Origin: Psilocybe cubensis
Lineage: Eukaryota
Assembly: GCA_017499595.2 (NCBI GenBank)
Contig: JAFIQS020000014.1
Span: forward strand, 62,001 to 126,000
Reading direction: 5' to 3'
Length of the DNA: 64,000 bases
Under the pieces are notes generated by a model. That model did no database searches. It saw only the letters and a program-made list of their open reading frames with translations, and had not been told where the DNA came from. Below, in pieces: positions 51,801 to 64,000 of the stretch. Made by a program: the position numbers and the translations under genes. Positions within the stretch are counted from its first letter, which is position 1; the number at the start of each line of letters is the position of its first letter.

Positions 51801-52110
51801 CTTCTAGGCTTCCTCGGTAGCTCCACCTCGATGTCAATCTCAGCACTCTGAACGACTCTACCGCTGTATAATAGTACTCCCTGCATAGTGGATTTCAAAA
51901 AGAAAGTTGGTCAAAGACATGAGGTGCCCGGTTATTGACAGTTCAACAACGAGGCTCAGTTGCATCGATCACCACCACTCTAGCTAGTGGCTCTTTAGAT
52001 TGTCACGGAACATCTATTACTCTGATTCCACGATGATCCGCGGCGCGAGCTGGGCGCTGCCTGAGCGTCTAGATAACACCCAACGTACCGGCACCTCAAG
52101 GCACGAAAGA

Positions 52111-53672
52111 GGGCACCAGGAAAAGAGCGTGGCTAGCCTGCGTGCGACCTATTTTTGCGTGCTGCGCATAAATGCTATTCGGTGAATTTGCGTGCAAATT
52201 GACAGATCTTGCGTGTACATGTCATTGAAATGCGTGCAGCGTCATTGAGGTAGCGTGATATATGCGTGCATATCTCAACACAAATCTGACATTTAGCAAG
52301 TTGTACTAAGTACTAGATATACTATTGTAAGCACTGGATTGTTATACACCTTTCTTTTCATTTAAATAGACTCTGACTCCAGAACAAGTGGTGTATAGCC
52401 TAATAAGGTACTATTCCCCCACATAATTTTCGTCTTTCACTCGCTACTGAGTTGTCAACAGAAGACTTCTGAATTCTTTTGGAGTTAGTGGACCTTCCTC
52501 CTTACGAGCTTTATGCAAATTAATAAGGACATGATGAAACGAGATCATAAGCAGCCAGAAGTCACCACTACAGACTCAGGATACATGAGTACTATACTTT
52601 CTTCATCTTCATTTATTCATGGAATAGATGCCATCCCTTAGATATCCATACCGCACTTGGATTCAAATAGCATCAAGGCAGTTGAAGAAGACAACACTAC
52701 CAGTCCATCTAAGGATGCACCTACGGCACAAGGTGTGAATATAAAAGTATTTTCAAGCCGTACTACACCGTTGATACACAATACAAATGACAATATCTCT
52801 ATAATTATCCCTCCACAAGCGGCTGGGATGTACAGTGAACTTTTCATTGAATACATTTTTTCAGTAGGATACTTCGAGCCAGAAACGCATAAGTTCGTAC
52901 TGGCGTGCAAGATGAATCTGTGTGCGGGGTCATCGCGTGCGAACCACAGGTGTTAGCGTGTCAATTACACGCAATAATCGGGTCGCGTATCATCGCGTGT
53001 CCTCGCGTGCACGTGGGAAAGTAGGTCGCGTGCTGCTTGCGTGTCAGATGCGTGAGTTTGAGTGCGATTAGCGTGCTGTGATGTCACGCTCATCGTCGTT
53101 CGACGACACCAAATACTTGTCCAAAGGACAAAAAAAAAGATTTTATTCAAGTTCGCGGGCCTGGTAATGTGGTCGGACATCATTGAATAAAAGGTGTTGC
53201 CGGATGCAATGCGGCTGGTCGCGTAGTCGGCCGGAGATGGTGTCGAGGAACACGCCCAGGTACACCAAATCATCCGAGCAAGCTAACTGTGCTCATAAGT
53301 AGGACGTGATAGCAATGCTGAAGTCACAAGAAAACAGGATTTACCTCTGTATAGTAGAATTTTGAGTAGATGTCTATTAATTAAGCCAAATGCTATAAAT
53401 GGCAAGAATCATGCGAGTGTGCTGGCAAGGCATTGAATAATTATCATTTATTATTGAACTAATCCAGTAGAAGAGAATCCTTGTTTCCTTACGCACGAGA
53501 TACACGAGTACTGGCGAGAAATAATCCAACACTATATGTGACACAATTGTGACATTGCGTGCAGAACACATCCATATGCGTGCAGAACACAGTTGTTGCG
53601 CAAAAATGCGTGTCACGCAGGCACACGCAAAAACGCACGCACGCGAGCAGCCACGCTGATTTCTGTATGCCC
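52111..53672. mobile_element. Non-autonomous GGGCA-type MULE, 1562 bp
   Basis: Left GGGCACCAGGAAAAGAGCGTGGCTAGCCTGCGTGCG versus right-end reverse complement GGGCATACAGAAATCAGCGTGGCTGCTCGCGTGCG. Exact 9-bp TSD CACGAAAGA at 52102-52110 and 53673-53681. GCGTGC repeats throughout. Confidence 0.92.
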
Positions 53673-54606
53673 CACGAAAGACAGCCAGGTGAAGTCGTCA
53701 TTACTTTTTTTCCCATTTTCGAATCGATGAACAGGACCCACCAACATTCTCTTCGCCAGCGCGCACTACCGGAGCGCTCCGGGAAGCGATACGACTGAGG
53801 TGTGCAGAGATGAAACCCTGCTCACGCTCTTTAGGAGGAAGTTTCTCACCAAGAAAAGGGCCGTGAGCAGGCGTGGACACAGCGGAACGTCGGTTGGAAG
53901 CCGCTTGAGTGGCCCTGCCTATTTGAGAGTGGATGGAGATTAGAAGATTATTAATGGCGGCCGTGATATCCCCCGTGCGCAGTGATCGTTCACGGAATAC
54001 ACCCACTCAGTCCCAAGTACTTGTTCTTCATATTCACCTTCATGGGCGCTTAATTCCATGTAAAGCATCGATCAAGGACCTGAGTTAAAGTAAGCACAGT
54101 ACGTGCTGAATGGCTCTCTTTAATTGACATAACGAAAGGCCTCTCGTAACCCAATAACTGACATGTCATACTCATGTTCTAAAAATGAGTTGTGGGTCGA
54201 CTACAACCCTTGATACATTAACAAGTAAAAATACACACGCTTCGAACACATCTAGTCTTCTCTGATGTTCTAGGATACGTGCGTCGTGACTCGTGTATCC
54301 TCGAGGTCTTCATCTACACGTTGTTTGGCACTGACATCGTGCCTGCGTGAGAAATCGACGAAGAGAACAATGGACTTCTAGGATTAACGTGCAAGTAGCC
54401 TTTAGGCTGCCATTTGACATACCAAATCTGAAGATTTCGAAACACCTTATGGCAGCACATTTGACACTCCGATAGATTTTTTTCGAGTCAATCACTGCGA
54501 ATTTTAAAAGGTGCGTTTGCTTCCCCTTCCCTTTCGCTTTCGAATTTCCCTCTCTTGCAATCACAGCTACTTGAATATTATCAGCGCCACTCTCCAAAAC
54601 ATCACT

Positions 54607-55646
54607 ATGTACACACAATACTACACCTGGTCACCGACTTTTTCCGCCACCGCACAGTCCCCCCAGTCAGAGTCTAGCTCATCCAGCGTCCAAGAAGATC
54701 TCTTGTACCGGGAGATGGAAGCCTACGTCGACTACGATTACGGTTCGAATCGCAACAGCACAGACACGAGCTCTAACACGCCAGGTACACCCGGTTCACT
54801 GACTCATCCAAAGAGAGCTGATCCTGAAGCAGAATTTCAAGCCGCGTTGTCAAGTACCGGCGAATCTGTCTCATCGTCCAGTTGGAACAAACATCACACT
54901 TCAATGTTCTCCATCTCTGAGAACCTCGCCCCAATTTCCCTTGTACCCATTGCATCTATCCCCACCTTCTGTCGTACTCCTGCTAGTGTTCCCATATCTC
55001 TACCTTCGCACAAATCAGGTGGTTCCAGTGTACAGAAACGGAAAACGTTGCGAGGCGCTCAAAGGTCGACGCGGGTGAGATATCTAAACTTCGATCATGA
55101 TACAAGGATTAATATATTATATTTCTCTTCAGACGACCACCCGAAAGAGGACCAACACTCGTGCACGTAAAGTGCCACAGCGGAAACGACATGCCACTGG
55201 CGTGTTATCTCCTGAAGAGGTGGCATCACTCCCATCCAAAGAGTACACAGAGAGTGTTGTACAACGTATTCTCGGAGTACCGCCCAATGTCAATCTCGAG
55301 GGTGCATGGCCCAAAGACTCGGAGCCCTGGGGCCGGTACACAAGAATACAAGCTCTAATTCTGGCTGTATGCTGCTCTCCAAATCATCGAGCATCCCTTG
55401 AAGATATTGAAACGTATCTGATGGACAAGTACCCGAAACTCGCAGATACACCGTACGGTAAAAAATGGCGGGTGAGCCCAAGTTTTCCCTTTCCGCGTCT
55501 TGTATTATAATTTATTCTCTTCATTTTTATAGGGGACATTTCGTGGCTATCTCTCTCATCGGCCGGAGTTCAGACGGGTGCGGCGCTCAAAAGCGCACGG
55601 TGACTATTGGACTATAGATGTCACCAAACTCTCGCTCCGACGGTAA
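54607..55646 (+). CDS. Divergent forkhead transcription factor paralogue 3, intact, 3 exons
   Basis: PWGRYTRIQALILAVCCSPNHRASLEDIETYLMDKYPKL...KKWR|GTFRGYLSHRPEFRRVRRSKAHGDYWTIDV follows the forkhead consensus; introns at 55075-55130 and about 55472-55532. Confidence 0.82.
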
Positions 55647-56491
55647 AACGTGCTGGCCAAAACTCCTAACTGTATTGACATTATAATCATCCTGCCCTCT
55701 ATCTGCGTTTTAATGTATCGACACATACTTGTTATGTAACTTTTAAATTATATTGCATGAAGGATGCAGATCTATCAGTGATTTGGCCGCTTGGACTGTA
55801 CATTCGGCAACACGTGAAGTAGTGTAAATAAATCAGTCATTGTATTCAAAGAGTGATCCACTGCCTCAATCTTTGACCATTCAAGAGGGGTAGGAAACGC
55901 CTGGGGCACGGCGTGTGTGATGTTCAGGGGACCTTTGCGTTGAACAATCCAGGATATTGTTTGAATCGCATGTTTATGCCCGCTTTGCAAAAAAAATGCA
56001 ATTAAAACAATTCTGTTCTGAAATTTGACTCGAGTTCGCGGCCACCGGCTTGAAAGTTGAACGGCATTACATGGCTGAGAATGAAAAAGAAAAAGTCACT
56101 TATATTACTGTTAAGAACTCCGGACCAAATTATCTGGTCTGCATCTTTGTATATTGGATTAATGGGGAATATTTTAAAAGCAGGAATTATGATGAATAGT
56201 ATATAGAATAAACACTGGCACGATGTGAGGTCGAGAAAGGTTTCTAGGAAAGCCACAATCGGAAAGAGTCGGACTTGCAAGATGTTTGTGTTTGGTAAAG
56301 ATGATATTGCCAAACACAAGCAATCTCGAGCTCGAACGATCTCCAACTCTCGCAGCAAAGATATATTGACACTCTCGCTACAAAGATACACCTTGCCCGT
56401 GGTCAGCAATGGTCTCAATACCCCTAAGAACATCAATCCTCCCACACCGTTCCCTCAATCCAGCACACTCAATACCACAGTTCCGTATGTC

Positions 56492-57557
56492 ATGCTTGCA
56501 AAGAATTATGGGCGATCGCTGGGGCTTGAGATATACAGGAACAGTAGCAGTGAGTAACCTTGAGTTCTTGTCGCTCATCTTCACATCTAACGCGCCACTC
56601 ATGAAATGAAGAAGAAACGCCGTTCGACCGTTCCAACGCACGAACTGCGGACACTGCTCCCACACCGTTTGGCCGAAATGCAACAGCCCGTATACGACAT
56701 CTCGGGTCACTTTTCGCCCAAGTTCCAAGTGTCTATGTCGCAATCCAAGACGCTTCCGTTAAACTTGCGGTATCTGAGTTCAATGTTGGACGTACCATTC
56801 CCCGAAGGCACGCGAGGGTTTCTCTACTTCAAGCACATGCCGAACCTGAGGAGCGAGGTGCGGTGGCGCGTATGCGAGGACCACGGGGCGTTTGACGGCG
56901 GCCATGACTTGGCTTTACCCTTTGGAGCTGCATGGTCTATTCCGTTGCTCAGAATATTTAATTCCACGAACTATTTCGCGCTCCGTTCGCTAATTTTTCG
57001 CGATGGCTTGGTGGACTCGCAGACTGTTGCCCTACTCGCGAGAGCTACTCCGAACACGGACGAAGTAATATTATTCGACATTTTTGATCCCTTTGTGGTG
57101 GACTTCCTGGACACTCGCGTCAATATCTTACTGTTCCAGCGTAATCTAATTGCCAGAGGGTCAATATATCATGTATTTTCAGAAGCAGAGCATATTGAAA
57201 GGGCCAAAAACTACGCCGTGTATTCTGGTAAGCACACACATAATGCTCAAAATTCTGCCCTGGCTCGGTGTGCTAATGCGTTTTACCCCAATATCATGAC
57301 CAGGAAAAGCGTTGGTTCAATTTGAGAGATGCCAAGATTACAATGGGGACGAGGCGCTATGTTTACGATTCTTGGAATTCTTAACACCGATAAAGTGCAC
57401 CAAGCCCGATTACGATACTTCCGTGCAGCCACCAGTTGTTGGCGCATTGTTGCAGAAACGAAATTCATCTGACCTCCCATACCAACCGTGGATCTTTACA
57501 CTGAAGTTTTCTGCGTTTGGACGAGCTATAGCGAGGGTTTCGAGTATTTCCATTTAA
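56492..57557 (+). CDS. Conserved agaricomycete hypothetical protein
   Basis: PFPEGTRGFLYF...SEVRWRV...FDGGHDLALPFGAAWSIPL...VQFERC...LCLRFLEFLTP; start uncertain. Confidence 0.65.
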
Positions 57558-57764
57558 TTTTGACCCGGTGCGCAGTTTCGTAAGTCTTCCTAGTCTACGC
57601 CCTATATTTCCACTGAACTTTCTGACAAGCTGTATTCATATTCTTTTCACCGATTTTATCTATGCATACCACGGGGAACGCAACATCTTCCAATAATCAC
57701 CCTTCACATTCAACAATAGCTTCACATCAAAAATTTGAAATGATCGATGCATGGGATGACAATA

Positions 57765-58422
57765 TCACCAGTGTTTCTCGCTGATCTCGACCGAGTTCAC
57801 ATCAACCCCATCCTTGAACCACCTTTCCTCTTCCGAAATCTTCACGTCGTTCGCGCTCATCTGGCGCTTCCGCATCAGCCCGTTTGGGTCGAACGTCCAA
57901 TCTTCAAGTCCGTAGGCACGATACCATTGCCCTGAGCTGTCATGGTACTCGTACCAGAACTGCACCGCGATCTGTATGGCGTCAATATATGCACAAGATT
58001 CAGAGTAGTAAAATGGGATGAATAATGACGCAAGGATAGCGGTAGCATTAGGTATGTGGGGAGTGAAGCCGCACCTTGTTATCTGTGAACGCGAACAGCT
58101 CTTTCCTCAGCCTGTATCCATTCTCCACCCTCCACTTGTCAGTTAGGAAGTCGACGATGGCGTCGTGCCCTGTGAAGAACTTGTCGCGGTTCCTCCAGAT
58201 CGAATCCAGTGTATACCCGTTCTTCACTTTCTGTGGGTCTCTGGGTCATAGTTGGTCGTTGAACACAACTGAATCATTTAACCGATGTAGTAAAGCGTAC
58301 CGCGTGTTCCACAGATCTTGTGCAGCTTTGACTTTGATTGTCGCGGTTTCGTGGGTGAATGGTGGGTAGGGTGGTCGTCCGGGGAGACTTTCGCTTTGCA
58401 AGGATGAGGGTGTGTCGGCCAT
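57765..58422 (-). CDS. DUF1348 (NTF2/SnoaL-like fold) protein, 3 exons
   Basis: RPPYPPFTHETATIKVKAAQDLWNTR|DPQKV...WRNRDKF...YRLRKELFAFTDNK|IAVQFWYEY...WYRAYGLEDWTF...GLMRKRQMS. Confidence 0.92.
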
Positions 58423-60018
58423 GTTCGCAGTGTTGTATTTAGTACGTTGACTGAGATACGACGGTTTGCTATATGAATTTGATGGTGGTGGTGAGAGCTC
58501 GAGTAAAAGAGTCGATCGGTTTGTGATCGTCATTCTATCGCGCGCTATTTATATCCGCTACGGCTACGGTGTGCTCCGCCTTGCCGGACAATTTTTATCC
58601 GATTGTCAAATTCCCAAAAGTTAATCTGCCTCAACAAATTGATATTCGCCAATTATGACGATCCATTAAGTCAAGGACTGTTCTTCGGAACCTCTTGCTT
58701 GCAGATACCCACAACTTCTTGTGGTCTGGAGCATCTCAAAATGACTCAGAAGGTGGACGCCAAGGCATGTTTTCAAGGTGTTAATATAGGATTTGAGGCC
58801 GTGACTGACCGTTCCTGCACGAAATCTGTTAGAAAATCTGTTGTATGTACAGAAATACAACCTGCTGAATAAAGATTGGACCGACTGCTACGCGGTCCTG
58901 GGCATGTTTCACTGGCGTTTGTGTATTAGTAATGACAAGAGATTGTGATGACAAGAGATTGGGACAAAAGTTGAGAAATAGGCGAGGGAGCTTGATAAGA
59001 GGGTTACATCGGAACGTTGAGTTCCGTTTATAAAAACCAAGAAATTAACCAAGAGTGAAATAAGATAAAATACACACAGAGGAGGAAACGGTTACAGTTC
59101 CGCGATGTACGACATCCAACGAGCCAACGTTGAGGTAGGAATCAGTTGACACATGGAAAATATGTTGGTCCCTCTGCGTCGCAGAGTTGCGGGGGTCGAG
59201 GAAGAAGGGAGAGCAGTCAGTAGGTGATAAAGCAATGTTTCAACGATTTTTACGGAGGTCAAGCTTATTGGGATGTCACTTCCGTACGAGTTCTGAATAG
59301 CCCTGTTTAAACAAATACTCAAAGGCGTGATTTGGAGAGTCTTCAGTGTTCTGGGTAAGCGTAGTAGGCAAACAGCATTACAAACATTGACAATACGAGA
59401 ACACCAAACGAGTAACATTAAATTTAATTCATAGGGGGATATAAATAGTCATTAGTCCAGGCGGCCTTGTTAAATGTGGCCTCAAAGACGACTAAGGGCG
59501 GCTTCTTTGGGTGGAGAAGAACAAACAGAGATCAGATGGTATGTAAAGAAGCAGTAGAGACTCCATTGAACTTAGGATAGATTCCTTCGATCAGTTATCA
59601 CTTGAAGCGAGTATACATAACCGTTATCTAACAGCGTTAATTTCACAAAGCTGGTTGAGACAGGTTAACGACCCTGAAATGGGGGACCGAAGACGCTCAA
59701 GAACGCTCGACGGAAATGATTACTTCGGGTCGTATTGTTATGTATTTCTGCACTCCCACCAGTTGTTCGGTGTTCTTGGAAGTTGCTTTGAAAGAATACA
59801 TGGTAGTTCTGTGGGGAACTTCGCATTTAGAACACACAGGGATCTTTTATTGGAATAATTGGCAACCAATAGAAACGGCGAGTTTCCAGTACGGAATACG
59901 GTAAGTCAACATGGTATAAACTATAAAGGTCTCTGCTCTACTAACTGTATCAGAATTCCTCGAACCACTCACCCGATATTCAAACTACCAGTTGCTCTAC
60001 TGCCTAAACAGATTAAAA

Positions 60019-60708
60019 ATGTCTGAAGGTGTCGAACTGGTGAAAAAGTACATAGAATTCACGGAAGTCTTCGCTGAATATGACGACCTTGTCGTCTACA
60101 CACCAAGATGTAGGTATCATGACAGTCCCAATTGCGCATATTCGGTCATTTAACCGTCTCTTCTGCACAGTGCCGCTCGGGGAAAATTGGGCATACTTAG
60201 GCCAGGTCGCCAGGAAACGCAATGGTGAAATTCCAGACCACGTAAGAATTCCATCTATTCCTTAGTTATGCAATGTCAATGATCTATCCTGAATCCTCCT
60301 GATTTCCAGTCCGGGATGATCCTGTTGGCAAAGGCTGGCAGCGATGCTCTGGGAGACATCGTCGATTGGGTTCCCGTTATGCACGGCATTGAACCAACGC
60401 CTTTCTCGACTTGGAGGGGTATACCCGCAGATCCGGAGAGATACGTGTCAGGCGGTGATTTCTTCGTGCTTGGAATGGACAAACCGACCGCAGAGCAGAC
60501 TGCAGGTATCAAAGCCATTCGCAAGGAGCTCATTTCGGAGAATAAACCGGATCGTCTCATCTGGAGTTGCCTCCTGCCCTTCAACGGACTGACCATCTGG
60601 GATGTTGCAAGCACCTTTAAAATTTACTATACAACGAGGGCATTTGTCTCAACATCTTCCCAAACCTCGGACGGATTAAGGCTCCCTGTGATCATTTATG
60701 GATCCTAG
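60019..60708 (+). CDS. Vps62/DUF946-like domain protein, paralogue A
   Basis: NWAYLGQVA...DALGDIVDW...STWRGIPADPERYVSGGDFFV...DKPT...IKAIRKEL...LIW; 2 introns. Family call is tentative. Confidence 0.6.
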
Positions 60709-61088
60709 CGTACTGATATAAGTGCTAGTATGTTATGGCGTGAGCATACAACGCGTTGATCTTTTTTTTGCTGATATGGTGTATAGAACTAACACACCCG
60801 CAGCGCTCGTATATAATTCTTCAGTAAATCATTCATTGTACATGTCTCCGTGTTGTTTGTTTAGAAAAAAATCGTAATCTGAGACGCCGAAAACCTTGTG
60901 TTGAACGAATGTAGAGATTCTAAACCTAGTGATAGAACTAAGAAAATCGCCCAAGCGCCCGTATGCTTTCGAAGCTCATATAAGCTAGATAGTTAAATCA
61001 TAAATTCATCACCTCCCCAAAAAGAAACCATCAGACCATGGCGTGTATGCAGATAGGAACTGAACCAAAATCAAGTAATTTGTCGAGC

Positions 61089-62215
61089 TCAGGGTGTGCT
61101 GGAGTTTCCGTTGAGCGACTTTGCTGGCAAGCCAATCAACGTTTTTGGGTTCTGCATTTGTGGTACTCGTGGGAGGTGCGACTCAGTTGGAACCTTGACA
61201 CTGTGGTTGGACGTAATGGGCGGGGCGGGCCTGGTAGAGAGCGTTCGCACGGGCGTTGAGTGCTGTGCCGCGTTCAGGCTACGCGCGACCTCGAGTTGCT
61301 TCTCCTCAGCAAACACCACGCTGGGGCGCTGCCGCCGGACTGCCCTGGGGTCGTACCGGAAGAAGTCATCGTCTTCGGAAGTGGAGGATGATCCCTGTGT
61401 TTTTCCGTTGCGCCTCAACCTTTGGACGCGGAGGTGCCAGAGGATTCCGACGAGACCGAGGACAATGACAATGGCGGCACCTACGGCCCCTCCAGTGATT
61501 GCACTGTGCTGTGAGGTGGAGGTAGGTAAAGATATAGAGGTGGGGGTAGACACTGGGGCGGGTGTTTGGGTGGCAAAAGCGCCTAAACCTGTGAGGGCGA
61601 TTTGAAAGCTGGGCTAGGACGTTCGCGTTATTGTGTGTGTTCTTGCGATACTACGATGAATTTGGGCATACTTTGGGTGTTCCCTTGACCTTCTTTGCTG
61701 CTTTTTGGAATTTTGTGTACGCATCGATACTCGGGGGGTTAATGGCACTAATTTTCCAATTTTCAGTGTCTATGCATTCACTAAGACATGAAAGATATGA
61801 TAGAAATTCTTACCCAACCATCCCAGAGTCCACACAATGGGACTGTGTGTCTGTATTCTCGCAAAAGAACCATATCGCTAACCCCGAAAGAAATTGTTTA
61901 GACGCCACCATTAAAAGGTCTGACGTTTGGGTCTGGATACTTACTGCTGATGTTGGAAATCTGTAAATCCCATTTTACGATGTATAGAGTCTCGTTTATC
62001 TCTACGGCACCATTAACAGTACCACTGCTGAAACCTCCTGGAAGCGGCGAGCAAGGGTTTTCCAAACTTGATTCTGTAACAGTGTGAATTGACCTGCACA
62101 ACACACCATGTTACGCGAAGGTACGTTCAGGTAGATCGAAAGACGTACTCTGGATCAAAGACAAATGTGACTGTGTCATTTATCTCAGCGGATATGGTAG
62201 GAGGATCGAAGGAAT
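61089..62215 (-). CDS. Membrane-anchored cupredoxin-like extracellular protein; 5' end not found
   Basis: FDPPTISAEINDTVTFVF, IHTVTESSLENPCSPLPGGFSSG, IWFFCENTDTQSHCVDSGMVG|AINP, S/T-rich stalk, TM segment AITGGAVGAAIVIVLGLVGILW. Confidence 0.8.
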
Positions 62216-63181
62216 TTCAGCCTTAGCTGCTAGGTGAAGCCTTCATACCTGGCAGTTGCCAGGTGTATGGGAAGTATCTACGCTGGCAACTGCCAGGTGC
62301 CACATTTGAAGTCTTCAGCTGGGCGATGGTCAATACAGCCAAACAAATCCCAAACACGGTGAGCGGGGCCCCGCCGGGCGCGAAAAATGGCGTAGCTTGT
62401 TGTTCGGGCGGCCGTTTGGGGCGGAAAAAAATGCGTCGGGGTCGGTTCGATGGGCAGACCACGTCGGCATTGTTTGCGCGACGTTATGGACAGCGGATGA
62501 TTCATTTGTCTTTGTTTTGGACGTCAACCGGTTGGTGCACGAGCCAACCTTGGTTGTCATTTATCAGATAAAGCGAAGGTGAGGTTTCTTCTTTCAACGA
62601 CCAAACCTAAACCTGCGATGAAATCAGACGACTAACGATGGGCAGAAGAAAGACTGAGCTTCACTGCATCACTTGATAAAAACTCCTGGACAGTGGAAGC
62701 GAACTAACGGCCATTAGGTGGTCGTTTAATGACATCTTTGACACTGGAACGAGGACCCTTCTATCTTCTATCTTCTATCAATTAAAGGAGCACGTACTGC
62801 ATTCAATAGTTATCAGTGAGAATGGGACAGATGAATGACCCCAGAGTGGGGGCCAGAAGAAAGTGTTCAAGGAAGGTCGACGGAAATTATCAGTCTGGGG
62901 TCACATTATCGTATAATACTCCACTAAGCTCAGACATCTGGGTTACACAAATAGTAAAATGAATTCTGCTAACGCGAATAAGACACCTCATGGAGTGTCT
63001 GTACCAAACAGAAGAGTCTTCACATACAGGGTCCTGTGATTGGAATGTTCTGGAGCCTATTGTGTCCCTTCTTGTCGTCTACATACTGTACAATACCAGG
63101 GAACCGGTATTTGTATATAAACACGGACGCTCCAATTGATAGTCAAACTACTACCACCTTCATCCATTAACTTCGTCCAAA

Positions 63182-63852
63182 ATGTCTGACGGCGCTGAAC
63201 TTATCCAAAAGCACATCGAATTCACGGAGCTTTCTGCGCAATATCAGGAACTCTCTGTTTTCACACCACAATGTAGACATTCTTACAACTTACAGAGTTA
63301 AGATCTAACCATTCTTCGAACTTACACAGTGCCTGTCGGTGCAAACTGGGGATACTTGGGCCAGGTCGCCTGTACATCTGACGGCGACAATCAGGACCAC
63401 GTAAGAATTCAAATTTCAAAATTCCTCAACACACACTCACGCCTCAATCCCAGCGCGGCCTTATTTTCTTAGCAAAAGACGGCAGCGACGCCCTTGGCGA
63501 CATCATCGACTGGGCACCCGTATTCATCGACATCGAACAACGCCGATTCTCAACCTGGCGCGGTATTCTCGCCGATCCTGAGCGTTACGTGTGCGGTGGC
63601 GATTTCTTTGTGCTTGGGGCGGACAAGCCTACGGCGGAGCAGACAGCTGGTATCAGAGCCATCCGCAGGGATCTCGTTTCGGAACGTCAGCCGCAGCGTC
63701 GTATCTGGGAGGGACGCTTGCCCAAGGCGATATTGAGCATTTGGGATATTGTAGTTACGGACCGCCTCCATGTGATACCAGGCACGTTCGCATCGACGGA
63801 TACGGATTCTGTTGAGGGTTTGACCTTACCTGTGGTCCGTTTCAACGCCTAG
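63182..63852 (+). CDS. Vps62/DUF946-like domain protein, paralogue B
   Basis: MSDGAELIQKHIEFTE...NWGYLGQVA...ERYVCGGDFFVLGADKPTAEQTAGIRAIRRDL; same intron positions as 60019-60708. Confidence 0.6.
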
Positions 63853-64000
63853 AATGTTGTATGAGTGGATTTGGTATGTAATGTGATTGTGATCATGTCG
63901 AGTGCTCGTATTCATAACTCTACGCGTCAGGTGTGCAAAGAGGCCACACGCTTGCTGCGCGTGTATAATCTCTGCCTGGCAGCTATGATAATAGATTTAC

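Noticed and set aside
59092-59418. Leucine-rich ORF, possible F-box/LRR remnant
   Set aside because: Too short and motif-poor to support a call.

Overview
Intron-rich fungal DNA, most likely from an agaricomycete basidiomycete (inferred from short GT-AG introns and the gene families present), dominated by nested DNA transposons. (1) A 25-kb Mutator-like element (7817-32784; GGGCA termini, exact 9-bp TSD ATCCATACC) encodes a GCM-domain DDE transposase fused to a USP-like peptidase, a PHD finger and a Tudor-like domain. (2) One of its introns contains an ~18.3-kb Plavaka-transposase element built around a perfect 88-bp-arm palindrome centred at 21842. All genes left of the palindrome are on the minus strand (JmjC protein, Plavaka transposase, PHO80/Pcl-type cyclin, small ORF). 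All genes right of it are on the plus strand (divergent SPT5, small coiled-coil ORF, DUF6532). (3) Two ~1.6-kb non-autonomous GGGCA elements with 9-bp TSDs lie at 34293-41853 and 52111-53672; the first hosts an apparently intact 5.9-kb P-element-like transposon (34791-40714, 8-bp TSD AGTGTTAC). The remainder holds three divergent forkhead paralogues (two broken), a DUF1348 gene, two Vps62-like paralogues, a cupredoxin-like gene and decayed fragments. All family calls come from motif recognition by eye; no searches were run.
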